Below are positions 52,671-64,000 of a stretch of DNA of 64,000 bases, in pieces. Each line of letters opens with the position of its first letter. Position 1 is the stretch's first letter. Origin of the DNA: Ruditapes philippinarum (lineage: Eukaryota); NCBI RefSeq assembly GCF_026571515.1, contig NW_026860937.1, forward strand, positions 1-64,000, given 5' to 3'. Position numbers and translations under genes: made by a program. The notes below the pieces were generated by a model. The model searched no databases. It had not been told where the DNA came from and worked only from the letters and a program-made list of their open reading frames with translations.

Positions 52671-53082
52671 TAGAGGATATTGAATGAGTGTAAGTTTAAT
52701 ACTGAATTTATTGCACGAGTTGGATAGAAATATTATGCGAGCCTCTGGCGAGCATAATGTTATTTTATTCAACGAGTGTAATAAATTCAGTAATGAACTT
52801 ACACGAATTTAATATTCTATTTATCGCATACCCATAATAAATTCAGTAATGAACTTAAACACGAATTTAATATTCTATTTATCACATACCCAAAATAAAG
52901 ACAGTTTAAAGTGAAATAAGAGGCATTTTTCATTGACGCGCCTATAGTATAACGCTAACATTTAGCGCGTCTTTACACTATGTTTGTATAACGCTAATGA
53001 CGTCACGTCAAAATATATGCACGGCCGTGCAATTATACCATATTTACGGAGTCGCAAAATCGGCACGAGTGTGTGATAAATA
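52671..53082. repeat. Dispersed non-autonomous repeat (Crypton-like layout, uncertain)
   Basis: Starts TAGAGGATATTGAATGAGT, has a GCGAGCCTCTGGCGAGC core and an inverted TATTTATCACA / TGTGATAAATA pair. A diverged inverted copy lies at ~59490-59660 and a fragment at ~32660-32715. Confidence 0.5.
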
Positions 53083-53683
53083 CAATTACTTAATACCTAT
53101 AACAATGTCGCTGTTGTTTGTTATGTTCCTTTTTGGGATAGGGATTTCTAAGTAATAGATCTAGCTATTACAGAAGTAAAATTCGTCTGTAAAAATCAGG
53201 GTTTTAAGAAATTTGATAGATATAGATACTTATCTTAACTTTTTTACAAATTTATGTCTTTCCTTATGTTATGACAGATTAATTAGTGGATTTGTGCACA
53301 CTTATTTCCGTAATGAATACCGTAAGTAGAGCAGCTTGAATATTTGTATTATTCTATATTATACATGTATATTATATTCCAGAATGAGATATGTAACGTA
53401 AGGACAGAGCTGACAACGCTTTATCTTTGATTCGTTCCAAAATAAAATCTCGAAAAAATCAACATCCGGTCAAAAATTAATCAAAGTCACCTGATTAAAT
53501 GCAGGTAAATTCTTCTAAATTGTTCTTAAAACTCAATTTCCGTAGTAGCAGAGAACGAATAGATTAATGTGTTTTTAAAAAGTTGTTGTTGACAAACAAG
53601 AACTACTACATCTAACATTTGTCAAATTATATACTAATTAATAATTCGGATAGAATCAAGTTCGGATATTCATACCAAGTTTG

Positions 53684-56151
53684 GATTCAGAGTCAACTCG
53701 TCCCGTGGTCAACTCGTCTTGTGGTCAACTCGTCACCTTTTTGGTCAACTCGTCCCCTATATTTTATTATTATTTGTTTTTCATATATTTCATAAATTAT
53801 TATACAGTACTGGTTTGGGAGATAAACTCGGCCGAAAATCAGTGTTTTGGGGGCATATTTCATTTATTTGTTTACGTATTTTGATGAATCTTGCACCATA
53901 ATAAACTTCAGCTCTTCGATTTTCCGGTATCACCATAAAAGTTATATTTAGAAACATAACGGGTAATTTTGAGAGGCCCTGGAAGAGGTACGTAAAAATG
54001 ATATTTTTAACGCGCGCGAGTAGATAATTCTGGCTCTTTGTTTTTCTTCTTAAATGAGTAAGTTAAAACGTAAAATAACATGTTTAGACATTTTATTATT
54101 TCTTTGCTGTTCATTTATGTCAAATAAAAAATATTTGTTACCAAAATTGTTGAGCATTACGTTAGTATAATGAATATCTTAAAATCTATAATAACGTGCG
54201 ATATTTATATGCAACATACTATGTAACATATAAATCATTTTTACGTAAAAACACATGCATTCCCATTTATTAACGTATAACCAAATATGTAGTTAAAGAA
54301 TTAGTGATTCAAATTTCTTTTTGCTTAGCTTAACAGAGTGAAGAAGAAATTAATTAAGTGGTATTCAACCTACACATTAACATATAAAAGGAGCATTTAA
54401 CATCAGTCTTTCAATCCATTCCACTTAAAGATTACAATTGTGTAATAAGCCTTTTTTCTGAGTTAGCAAGACAAAAGTGAGTCTGAATTTCATCTACAAA
54501 ATGTTTACGTAAACGTCGTCTGCTTTACCGGTAGTCGGTCAATATATAAAAGTACCCATGTGCAGGCCTCAACATGAGCATCTACTGCACATGCGCACAA
54601 CAATGAGATTCCCGTACTTTTTATAGGCATGTTTTGTAAACAAACAGGTAAAAGTCTGTGTTATTTTTTAAATATCTTACCAAACTTGACAAAATTTCCA
54701 GATATTGTCGAATTCCAGCGATAGTACGAGATGGTGAGCTTGATTAGATTAAAAATTCCGATAACTCGATTTAATTATAAAAAGCTGAGTTTATCAACCA
54801 GCCGAAGTTATCTCCCCAACCAGTAGACTTTTAAAAAACTTTATATAAAAAATTGAATTGGACATTTTTTTACACTTTTCATATGCGAAAATGGTTATTT
54901 AGAGGTCTTTATGCAATAACAAGTATATATATATGCATTATCTGACAACTTGGTTATTTATTAAATTACAAACAACAAAAAATCAAAACAAACAAACTCG
55001 AAGACGATCAATAGCAATAACATTTTATGTATTAAAACATGTTTCATATGCAATGATGAAATATCATACAGTATGTCTTTTTTGTCAAGATTATTTCAGG
55101 ATAAGTGAAATATTTTTTATTGTAAGTAAACCAGACGGTTTAAAATTATTTGATATTTTTTGGCTTTTTCATTTAACAAAACAATCAAACATTTTATATT
55201 ATTTTAATGTAGTTGTTAATTAAATATATCATGACACATGCCCTTTGTTACCAAATTAAACACCTAGTAATTTGATAATAGGATTAACAACATAATAATG
55301 TGGTTGGATACGTATTTATATATTTAAAGAATGCATGTCTTTTAATTGAAATTATACAAATTGCGTGAAAATCGTGCCAAAGGTTGTTATAAGTTTTTAT
55401 TCTCCAAATGTTGAATTTGTTTTTGATGGTGTATGGTCAAATATATGAAAAAATGTTGATTAAATACAATTAATACATTAAATACGATGACTTGTATAAT
55501 ACAAGAAATTCTCGACCTCGGTTTATTACAGCTCCTGTAAAGATTTATTTATCAAAATTCAATATTAATCTTTACTAATTATTAAATGGTAATTGGATAT
55601 TTGTAATTACTTTATCGCTTAATGTTTTCAATCAGTTAATATCCACTGCAAATATTGTTGTTTTAATAAGTTTTTAGCACTTCTAATTTCTGTTAATCAG
55701 TCGTCAGTCTTTAATCCATTCAGGGATGCGGTAAAAATCAAAGAGATGGGCAAAATTTTAGTTTTAATTATCATTAAAACTCCAATAAATTAAACATTCA
55801 ATTTGTACTTGATTGAATGTTTGCAAACTTACCTGTCTTTGTAGTTTTACATCAAAGCTAAGCATGTGCGCTTAGATAAAGAACATTAAAATGCACATAA
55901 AAAAGACGTTATTTTATTAATAATTCGATTTCAATCAAATTCATTAAGATTTTACATAAAAGTACTATTTAAAGACATTGATTTATAACATAATAGTGAC
56001 AAGTTGATCAGAAGTAAAGGATGAGTTGACCATATAAGGGACGAGTTGACTCTTTGAGGACAAGTTGACTAAAAGTAGGGGAAGAGTTGACCAAAAAGAT
56101 GACGAGTTGACCACAGGACGAGTTGACCACGGGACAAGTTGACCGGATTGC
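53684..56151. mobile_element. Mutator-like (MULE) non-autonomous element, 2468 bp
   Basis: Tandem GGTCAACTCGTC units at the left and inverted GACGAGTTGACC units at the right; perfect 9-bp TSD CCAAGTTTG at 53675-53683 and 56152-56160. Confidence 0.8.
53810..54823. mobile_element. TA-CTGG TIR element nested in the MULE
   Basis: TA|CTGGTTTGGGAGATAAACTCGGC ... GCCGAAGTTATCTCCCCAACCAG|TA. Confidence 0.7.
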
Positions 56152-56644
56152 CCAAGTTTGCATATAGACAATGATTAATTGTAACTGTGTACATCCTTAT
56201 TATGGTCAAATATTGAAATTATAGGGGATGCTAGTCCTGAAGCTAGTAAATTGCCCCCAAACAATAGTGATTAAAATCTACCGACAAGTGGTGAGCTTGA
56301 TGAAGGCAAGATGAGCAAAGTCCTCCAAAGGCTTATCTGTTTATTGGCTTAGCTGACTAAGGGCTTCTTCCCCGCTGGAAATGTTTTCAAAATATTAAAG
56401 TTTTTAGCTAAAATTCTAACTACATCAAGTTTTCTCTTCCCTTTTGCTACATACCATGCTATTTTCCCCGAAATTTAAGGGAAGGGCACCTTCCCCTTGT
56501 GAAAAAAACTCCTGTTATGGATTGACATGCACACATATTGCTTTATCTGTTGTGAAAATATATAAATTTATACTAATTTTCTCAAAATATTTATTCCAGA
56601 TCACTAACTGTTAAAGAGATGGGATAACTTAAATTAACAACAAA

Positions 56645-59600
56645 ATGGCTTCACAACTTGATGAATGCGAAAATGAACATGCCTTACTGCATTCTGAGTC
56701 AAATGGTGACACAAGGTAATAATGAAAGAGCAACAAAAAGTGGAAACTATAGTGTCATTAATGAACATAAGAAAATACAGAATTGTTTTTTATCACATAC
56801 CTGGGCTGATTTTGCAGCTCCTTCAAAATGGTATTGCACGGCTGTGCATATATTTATACCCCCAAAAACGAAGTTTGGGGGGGTATATAGGAGTCACCCG
56901 GTGGTCGGTCGGTTGGTCGGTCGGTCCAGCGGTCCGTTGCATTTTCCTTGTCCGGAGCATAACTTGAAGACTAATGGTTGGAATTCAATATAACTTCATA
57001 CAATGGTCAAGCACATTGAGAGGAAGTGCAGTGCACAAGAACCATAACTCCATCTTGACTAATTACAGAGTTATTGCCCTTTGCTACTTTTCCTTGTCCG
57101 GAGCATAACTTGAAAACTACTGGTTGAAACTCGAAACAACTTCATACAATTGTCAAGCACAATAAGGGGAAGTGCAATGCACAAGAACCATAACTCTATC
57201 TAAAGTAATTACAGAGTTATTGCCCTTTGTTATTTTTCCATTGCTTTCTTTTGTCCGGACTATAACTTGAAGACTAATAGTTGGAATTCAATATAACTTC
57301 ATACAATGGTCAAGCACATTGAGAGGAAGTGCAGTGTACAAGAACCATAACTCCATTTTGACTAATTACAGAGTTACTGCCCTTTGTTACTTTTCCTTGT
57401 CCGGAGCATAACTTGAAAAAAACTGGTTGAAACTCTAAAACAACTTCATACAATTGTCAAGCACAATAAGGGGAAGTGCAGTGCACAAGAACCATAACTC
57501 TATCTAAAGTAATTACAGAGTTATTGCCCTTTGTTATTTTTCCATTGCTTTCTTTTGTCCGGACTCAAACTTGAAGACTTATTGTTGGAATTCAATATAA
57601 CTTCATACAATGGTCAAGCACATTGGGAGGAAGTGCAGTGTACAAGAACCATAACTCCATTTTGACTAATTACAGAGTTACTGCCCTTTGTTACTTTTCC
57701 TTGTCCGGAGCATATATTGAAAACTACTGGTTGAAACTCTAAAACAACTTCATACAATTGTCAAGCACAATAAGGGGAAGTGCATTGCACAAGAACCATA
57801 ACTCTATCTAAAGTAATTACAGAGTTATTGCCCTTTGTTATTTTTCCATTGCTTTCTTTTGTCCGGACTCAAACTTGAAGACTAATTGTTGGAATTCAAT
57901 ATAACTTCATTCAATGGTCAAGCACATTGAGAGGAAGAGCAGTGTACAAGAACCATAACTCCATTTTGACTAATTACAGAGTTACTGCCCTTTGTTACTT
58001 TTCCTTGTCCGGAGCATAACTTGAAAACTACTGGTTGGAATTCAAAACAACTTCATACAATGGCCAAGCACAATAAAGGGAAGTGCAGTGCACAAGAACC
58101 ATAACTCCATTTTGACTAGTAATTACACAGTTATTGCCCTTTGTTACTTTTCAATTGCTTTTATTGTCCGGAGCATAACTTGAAGACTACTAGTTGGAAT
58201 TCAATATAACTTCATACAATGGTCAAGCACATTGAGAGGAAGTGCAGTGCATGAGAACCATAACTCCATCTTGACTTATGACAGAGTTATTGCCCTTTGT
58301 TACTTTTCCTTGTCTGGAGCATAACTTTAAAAATACCGGTTGGAATTCAATACAACTTCATGCAGTTGTCAAGCACATTAAGAGGAAATGCAGTGCACAA
58401 GAATTATAACTCCATTTTGACAAATTACAGAGTTATTGCCCTTTGATACTTTTCCTTGTCTGGAGCATAACTTAAAACATACTGGTTGGAATTTAAAACA
58501 ACTTCATACAATGGTCAAGCACAATAAGAGGAAGTGCAGTGCACAAGAACCATAACTCCATTTTGACTAATTACAGAGTTACTGCCCTTTGTTACTTTTC
58601 CTTGTCCAGAGCATAACTTGAAAACTACTGGTTGGAATTCAAAACAACTTCATACAATGGTCAAGCACAAGAACTATAACTCTGTCCAGAGTAATTATAG
58701 AGTTATTGCCCTTTGTTACTTTTCCATTGCTTTTTTCTTGTCCAGAGCATAACTTGAAAACTACTAGTTGGAATTCAAAACTATTTCATACTATGGTCAA
58801 GTATATTGAGAGGAAGTGCAGTGCACAGAAAGCATAACTCTTTTTTGACTAATTTAAAAGTTTTTGCCCTTTGTTACTTTTTATTGTCCAGTGCATAACT
58901 TGAAAATTAATGGTTGGAATTCAATGAAACTTTATACAATGGTCAAGGGCAGTGAGATGAAGTGCAGTGCACAAGAACAATAACTCTATTTGGACTAATT
59001 ACAGTTATTGCTTTTGTTACTTTTTTGTCCAGTGCATAACTTGAAAACTAGTAGTTGGAATTCAATACAACTTCATACAATGGTCAAGCGCAATGAAAGG
59101 AAGTGCAGTGTACAATAGCCATAACTCAATCTTCAGTATTTATAGAGTTATTGCCCTTTGTTCCTTTTCCTTGTCTTTCTGGACTTCTTACAGAGTAATC
59201 CAATAAAACTTCATCAATGGCCAACCACATTGAAAGGAAATGCAACATACAAGAACCACAACTATCTTTAATTGCCCACAACCATAACTCTGTTTCAATT
59301 CTTTACAAGGTATTCTGTTACTAGTAACATCCTCATTTCCGAAGCAGTCTTGCAGGGGGTATTAATCACATTTAGTGATAGTTCTAGTTTTATGTGATGT
59401 CATTTGCGTTATACAAACATCGTGTAAAGATGCATTAAATGTAAGCATCAATAAAAAATAATTCTTTTGCACTTTAATCAGTCTTTATTTTAGGTATGTG
59501 ATAAATAGAATATTATATTCGTGTAGGTTCATATATAACTGAATTTATTGAACTCGTTGAATAAAATCATTTTTTACTTGCCAGTGACTCACATAATATA

Positions 59601-62217
59601 TTTATATTAAACTTGTTCAATAAATTCAGTATTAAACCTATACTCATTCAATATCCTCTATTTATTAGCTCACCTGAGCACACAACACTCAGATCTTGAG
59701 TTTGTTATCCAATTCCTTTTAAAACAACATTTCCTAAACCTCTTTCAAGAGGGATATTGACCAAACTTCACAGGACTGATCCTTAGGTAGTCTTCTACAA
59801 AAGTAATATAAATGGGTCCAGTCTGATTCATAAGTAGGTCACAGGAGCTAAAAATAGACTTTAATAATGAAATCTTTAAAAGCCTTTTCTCAAGAACTAA
59901 AATGCCCAGTGCTTAGATATTTGGCATGATGCATCATCTTGTGGTCTTCAACAAACTTCAACATTAACAATTAATTTTGTTCAAAAATGGCTCCTGCTCC
60001 AGGGCTATGTCTTGGGGGTCACTTAGTTTTAATACATAGTTTTATTCAGTATGTAGCTGTGAAAAGTCTGTAGCACTACCGGTAATTCTAAAGCTGTTTT
60101 TCAAAAATGAACAGAATATTTTGTCAGGTTGACTTTAACTGTCAAGGTTTTTAAGTTAGATTTCAGACACATTAAAGTTACATAAGCTTATTATTGACCA
60201 ACTCTATACTTGTGCACTATTTTAAGGACACCTAGGTAGATTCTAAATATAGCTTATGTAATCTTTGTTGATATTGCTTCCTGCCATGAAAAAATAATGT
60301 TGGCACAAGATAAAAATCATTTATCACAAATTGAAATGATATAAAATATTCATGCTCTTTTACAGGGATGTTCCGAGATCAGTCAATGGGGAAGTTCATT
60401 CAAGAAATACATCAGCAAATAAAAGTCCACATAGGAATGAGCCAAAACTATCCCTGTCAGAATACCATACATCTTTAAGCTCCTCAGGGGAGGAAACTCC
60501 GCTAATATCCAGTCAGGAACAGACAACTCCAAAAATTGCTCAAAAAGATAATACAGTGAGAGTAACAGAAATGGAATCCTTTCCTACAACTAGTACCCCT
60601 ATTAGGGGAGATATTAATTTAGATACATGTGCTGGTGCTGTAGGATTTTCACCTGTAACTCGTCAAGGTACTGGAAGTACTAACAATTCTAGAAGTGCTG
60701 ATAATAGTGAATTTGTAGAACGTAGAAAGAAAAGAGTCAGTTTTGTAGATCCACTAGATGTGAAAGTGCCTTTAATTGGGTATGAAGTTATGGAACAAAG
60801 AGCTAAATTTACAGTAAGTTTTAAAAATTAATCCATTAAGATAATATGCAGAATGACATTAAGAATGTATCTTAGGATTTAATTAGATGTAGATCTTATC
60901 CATGAATATTTAAGACTTCAAAATCAGTCTGGTTAAAAAAGAGGAGGGAAATATTTAAGCATAATTATAACTAAAACATACAAATCAAGTCTTCTTTGAT
61001 ATTCCTTCCAATGTATCGTTGAATTGAATGTGTCTAATTATCAAAACTGCAGTGGCAGAGTTAAAGTCTGTCTCTTCCCTAAGGTATGTCTTAAAGCAAC
61101 AGACAGTTTTGTTCTGGTGTTAGAACTTGTGAGTTGACTAAGTTCATCTCAGTGGACCACTGCTGGCAACATTTTGTGCCTTTATAATTAGACTTCAGAC
61201 TTGTCACCTTGGACAGTTTAGTACTACAGCTAAGGTCCTCAGAATTATCAAAGCCCTTAATCATGACTATATAATGCAATGGATTTGCTCCTGTCTCTTA
61301 ATAACTATTTGATTAATCCCAATGTATATTTTATTTTTTCAAATTAGTCCAAACTATTATTTGATAGTTCATGATTAAATATTATTTGAACTGTGATGAT
61401 TGTTAATGATTAGTATCATTAGAACTATTATGCAATAATGTTATACAAAGCACATGTCTGATTTTCTTCATTAAATATTTTGCTCATTTTAATCAGCCAA
61501 TTTTTTGACCACATTACAGGTGTTTAAACTACATGTACATAAAGGCACCAGTGATAACTGGTTTGTGTTTCGTCGCTATACAGATTTTGTCCAACTACAG
61601 CAGAAGGTTTGGTCATAATTGTCATTTCTAAGTTATATACACATATTTTTTTATTACCAATAAAGAATAAAAATTTTGAGTTATTTAGAGCAGGCTAAAA
61701 CAGTTACAGAATCATGACACAAGGTTTTTTTGGCTTTAATGCTAAGAGTGTCTTTCATAGCCATGTGACAGGCACTATGAATTCTTTCATATGTGGAAGC
61801 TTAATATAAACCAGCTGGCTTACAGAAGATCATGAAGGTTCTACTAAGGTGCCAATTTGTAAAATAATTTATAAACGGCAATGGTCTTCTCCCACCATTA
61901 AAGCTGGAAAGTTGCCATATTATCACTATTCTGTTAGTGTATGGAAACTTAAAGTAATATTGTACAATTCCAAATTCAAAGCTGAGCATTTCCATCCTAT
62001 AAATGCAATAGGGACAGAGTTGAAATCTATAATTTACATATAAACAAGATGTCCTTGTCTTTTGCCAGCTGAAGATTTTGTTCCCAATGTTCAGACTAAA
62101 ACTACCTCCAAAACGTTGGTTCAAGAACAATTACGAGAAAGATTTTATAGAAGATAGAATGTTAGGACTCCAAGCGTTTATAGACAGTCTTCTTTGCCAT
62201 TCAGATCTATGCAATTG
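56645..62217 (+). CDS. SNX16: Sorting nexin-16 (PX domain), first four coding exons; gene continues beyond the right edge
   Basis: Exons 56645-56715, 60366-60813, 61520-61606, 62069-62217 in compatible phases. [19 protein letters not shown]...[10 protein letters not shown]...[37 protein letters not shown] matches SNX16 as recalled. The ATG exon starts at an acceptor at 56600; a possible non-coding exon donor lies at 53504. Confidence 0.92.
56853..59390 (+). mobile_element. HINE/Helentron-type element with a ~146/157-bp satellite array (about 16 monomers) in an SNX16 intron
   Basis: 5' TTTATACCCCCAAA...TTTGGGGGGGTATA hairpin, (GGTC)n, CTTCATACAAT recurring every ~146 or 157 bp; 3' GGGGGTAT subTIR, ATCAC...GTGAT hairpin and CTAGTT. 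Confidence 0.87.
59664..60030 (+). mobile_element. Degenerate truncated HINE
   Basis: TTAGCTCACCTGAGCA start, CCAAACTTCACAGGA, TAGGTCACAGGAGCTAAAAATAG and GCTTAGATATTTGGCATG motifs shared with the other HINEs. Confidence 0.55.
61765..61955 (+). mobile_element. Degenerate SINE body
   Basis: CCAGCTGGCTTAC...GGTTCTAC...GGTCTTC...CCACCATTAAAGCTGGAAAGTTGCCATAT resembles a clam SINE family from recall; no head or TSD seen. Confidence 0.4.
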
Positions 62218-62363
62218 GTAAGGCATCTTTTATAACTTCGTTTTTTAGGTTAAACCAACACACTACCAGATTTATATGCTTTTTTCTAATGAAAAACTAC
62301 ATTATTAAGTGTTTTAAATGTTATATTGTCAGTTAAAGAAAGAAAACAATTTTAGTCTGTGTA

Positions 62364-62964
62364 CTGGTTGGGGACCACCAAAACCGGACAACCACCAAAC
62401 CCGGACGGCCTCGAAAATGCTTAATTTAGTATTTTCTTTGTTCAGTAATTGTCAGTCACTTTTTTATCAACAATAAGTGCATGTTTCTTTTAAAAATAAG
62501 TAAATAAATTTATTTCAACCTCCGTAAATGGTAATATTTCAAGAATGTTGACGTTGAAATTCGGGGGGTCAAGAAAGCAATGCCTGACCTCATATGCCAG
62601 CTATAATCATTTGCAGAGTGAATAATAGAATATCCAAAACTTCAGCATTTGTTGCTGACATATTGTATATCATGTTACAAATCAAAAATCAAAACACCCA
62701 AGCTTTTATCTGAATTAAATCACATCATGTACATATCTGTCCGGACACATGGTACTGTAGTGTAGACAATTTAGGTAATTTTGATACCCTCCTTGTCGAG
62801 CCTCAGATATAAGTGTCAATACAATCAGAAATAAACAAACTAGTTTGTTAGTTAGGAGAAGAACCTAGCTGAACTTTGTCAATTGTTTTGGTCTCTAGGT
62901 TAAAAATTATGAAATCTATACAGAAAAATGTTCCAAAAGTGTCCGGTTGATGGTCTCCGACCAG
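62364..62964. mobile_element. TA-CTGG TIR MITE
   Basis: TA|CTGGTTGGGGACCACCAAAACCGGACA ... TGTCCGGTTGATGGTCTCCGACCAG|TA. Confidence 0.65.
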
Positions 62965-64000
62965 TAAGGCATTTGCAATCCACGTTTAGTAAATTTACTT
63001 AAATTTATCAAAATAATATAAACAAAAATAGCCATTATGAGGTTACTAACAAAAGTTCTGCCCAATTTCCCATATACAATGTACCAGTAATGTGTTAAGC
63101 AAGAACTGGATTGTAAATATTTATACATAAATGCATTGATTGTTTAAATTAATTCATTTCTAATGTTTGAATTTTTGAAACTGTTTTGTTGTCAGGACTC
63201 TTGCTGCTTTAAGCATTACATGATAAAATTACCAGGCTGGGGATCTGGCAAAGCTCTAAAAATATTTATCAATTTTAATTTGGTTAGTTCTTTCATAGTC
63301 AAGTTGAGCTGAATTGACTTTATATTTTAAAAGATTAACTGACAAAATGGTGTTTGACCAACAGTTGATATTGGAAAATGAATAAAATTTTAAATCTGCC
63401 TAAAATCTAAAAAGACTGCCCCACTCTTTTTATAAACTAAGGGTTACATGTAAATTCTAATAGATATTTACAGAAATTTCGTTGGGATCTCTGCATTATT
63501 TAGTGTTTATGCGAACTTAATTATTAAATAAAAAGGAATTATGGCAAAATGAAAACTTACTTTGATATTCACCCGTTCACTCATTGTATACCATTGGATT
63601 GGCATAATGTCACTTTAAAGTATTTTGTACCATCACACATTTTTACTTTAAACACTTGTTAAAGTCTATCATTTCCAGGCAAGGGTCCATTGATTTTCGT
63701 CTTGGATTTTAACAAAATTTGGCCCCTTTTCAAATCTGGATGTGACACTACCTAATGCTACCGTACCCTTTATTTCTAAATTCTTTTTCAAGTAGAGTTT
63801 TATCAATATATAAGAAAATTCAAATGTTAAGAATATGAAACTTGTTACATTTACAGTATTCCAGTTCAGGAATTTTTCTGTTTTCGGGACCCGCCAGGAC
63901 CTCATGACAGTGTAGAGGAAAGCAGGGTAATAATTGTACAATTAATTATTTAACTGGATACTTGTAACAAAATAAAAATATTTCTTTTTTTTACATCGCT

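Noticed and set aside
61393-61462. Possible intronic C/D snoRNA (GTGATGA...CTGA about 60 nt before an acceptor)
   Set aside because: No convincing terminal stem and no recognisable rRNA-complementary guide.

Overview
AT-rich, intron-rich animal genomic DNA; the repeat types (HINE-like elements with satellite arrays, tRNA-derived SINEs, many MITEs) suggest a bivalve mollusc, which is an inference. Spliced genes rebuilt by hand from GT-AG boundaries and exon phases: syntrophin exon 1 (minus, runs off the left edge), a complete 9-exon HAUS4 (plus), two tandem copies of an 8-exon gene for an unrecognised ~217-aa helical protein (plus) with a third decayed copy and a promoter-only fragment, a 4-exon HSF-domain gene of HSF5/HSFY type (minus), and the 5' part of SNX16 (plus, runs off the right edge). 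The most notable signals are the unrecognised gene family with a CpG/CRE-rich promoter and a conserved 3' UTR array of hairpins followed by UUUUUAU, its antisense remnant inside the HSF-like gene, and a near-identical inverted MITE pair bracketing HAUS4 exons 2-6. Roughly 27.8-28.75 kb looks like poor-quality consensus. All homology calls are from recall; no searches were run.
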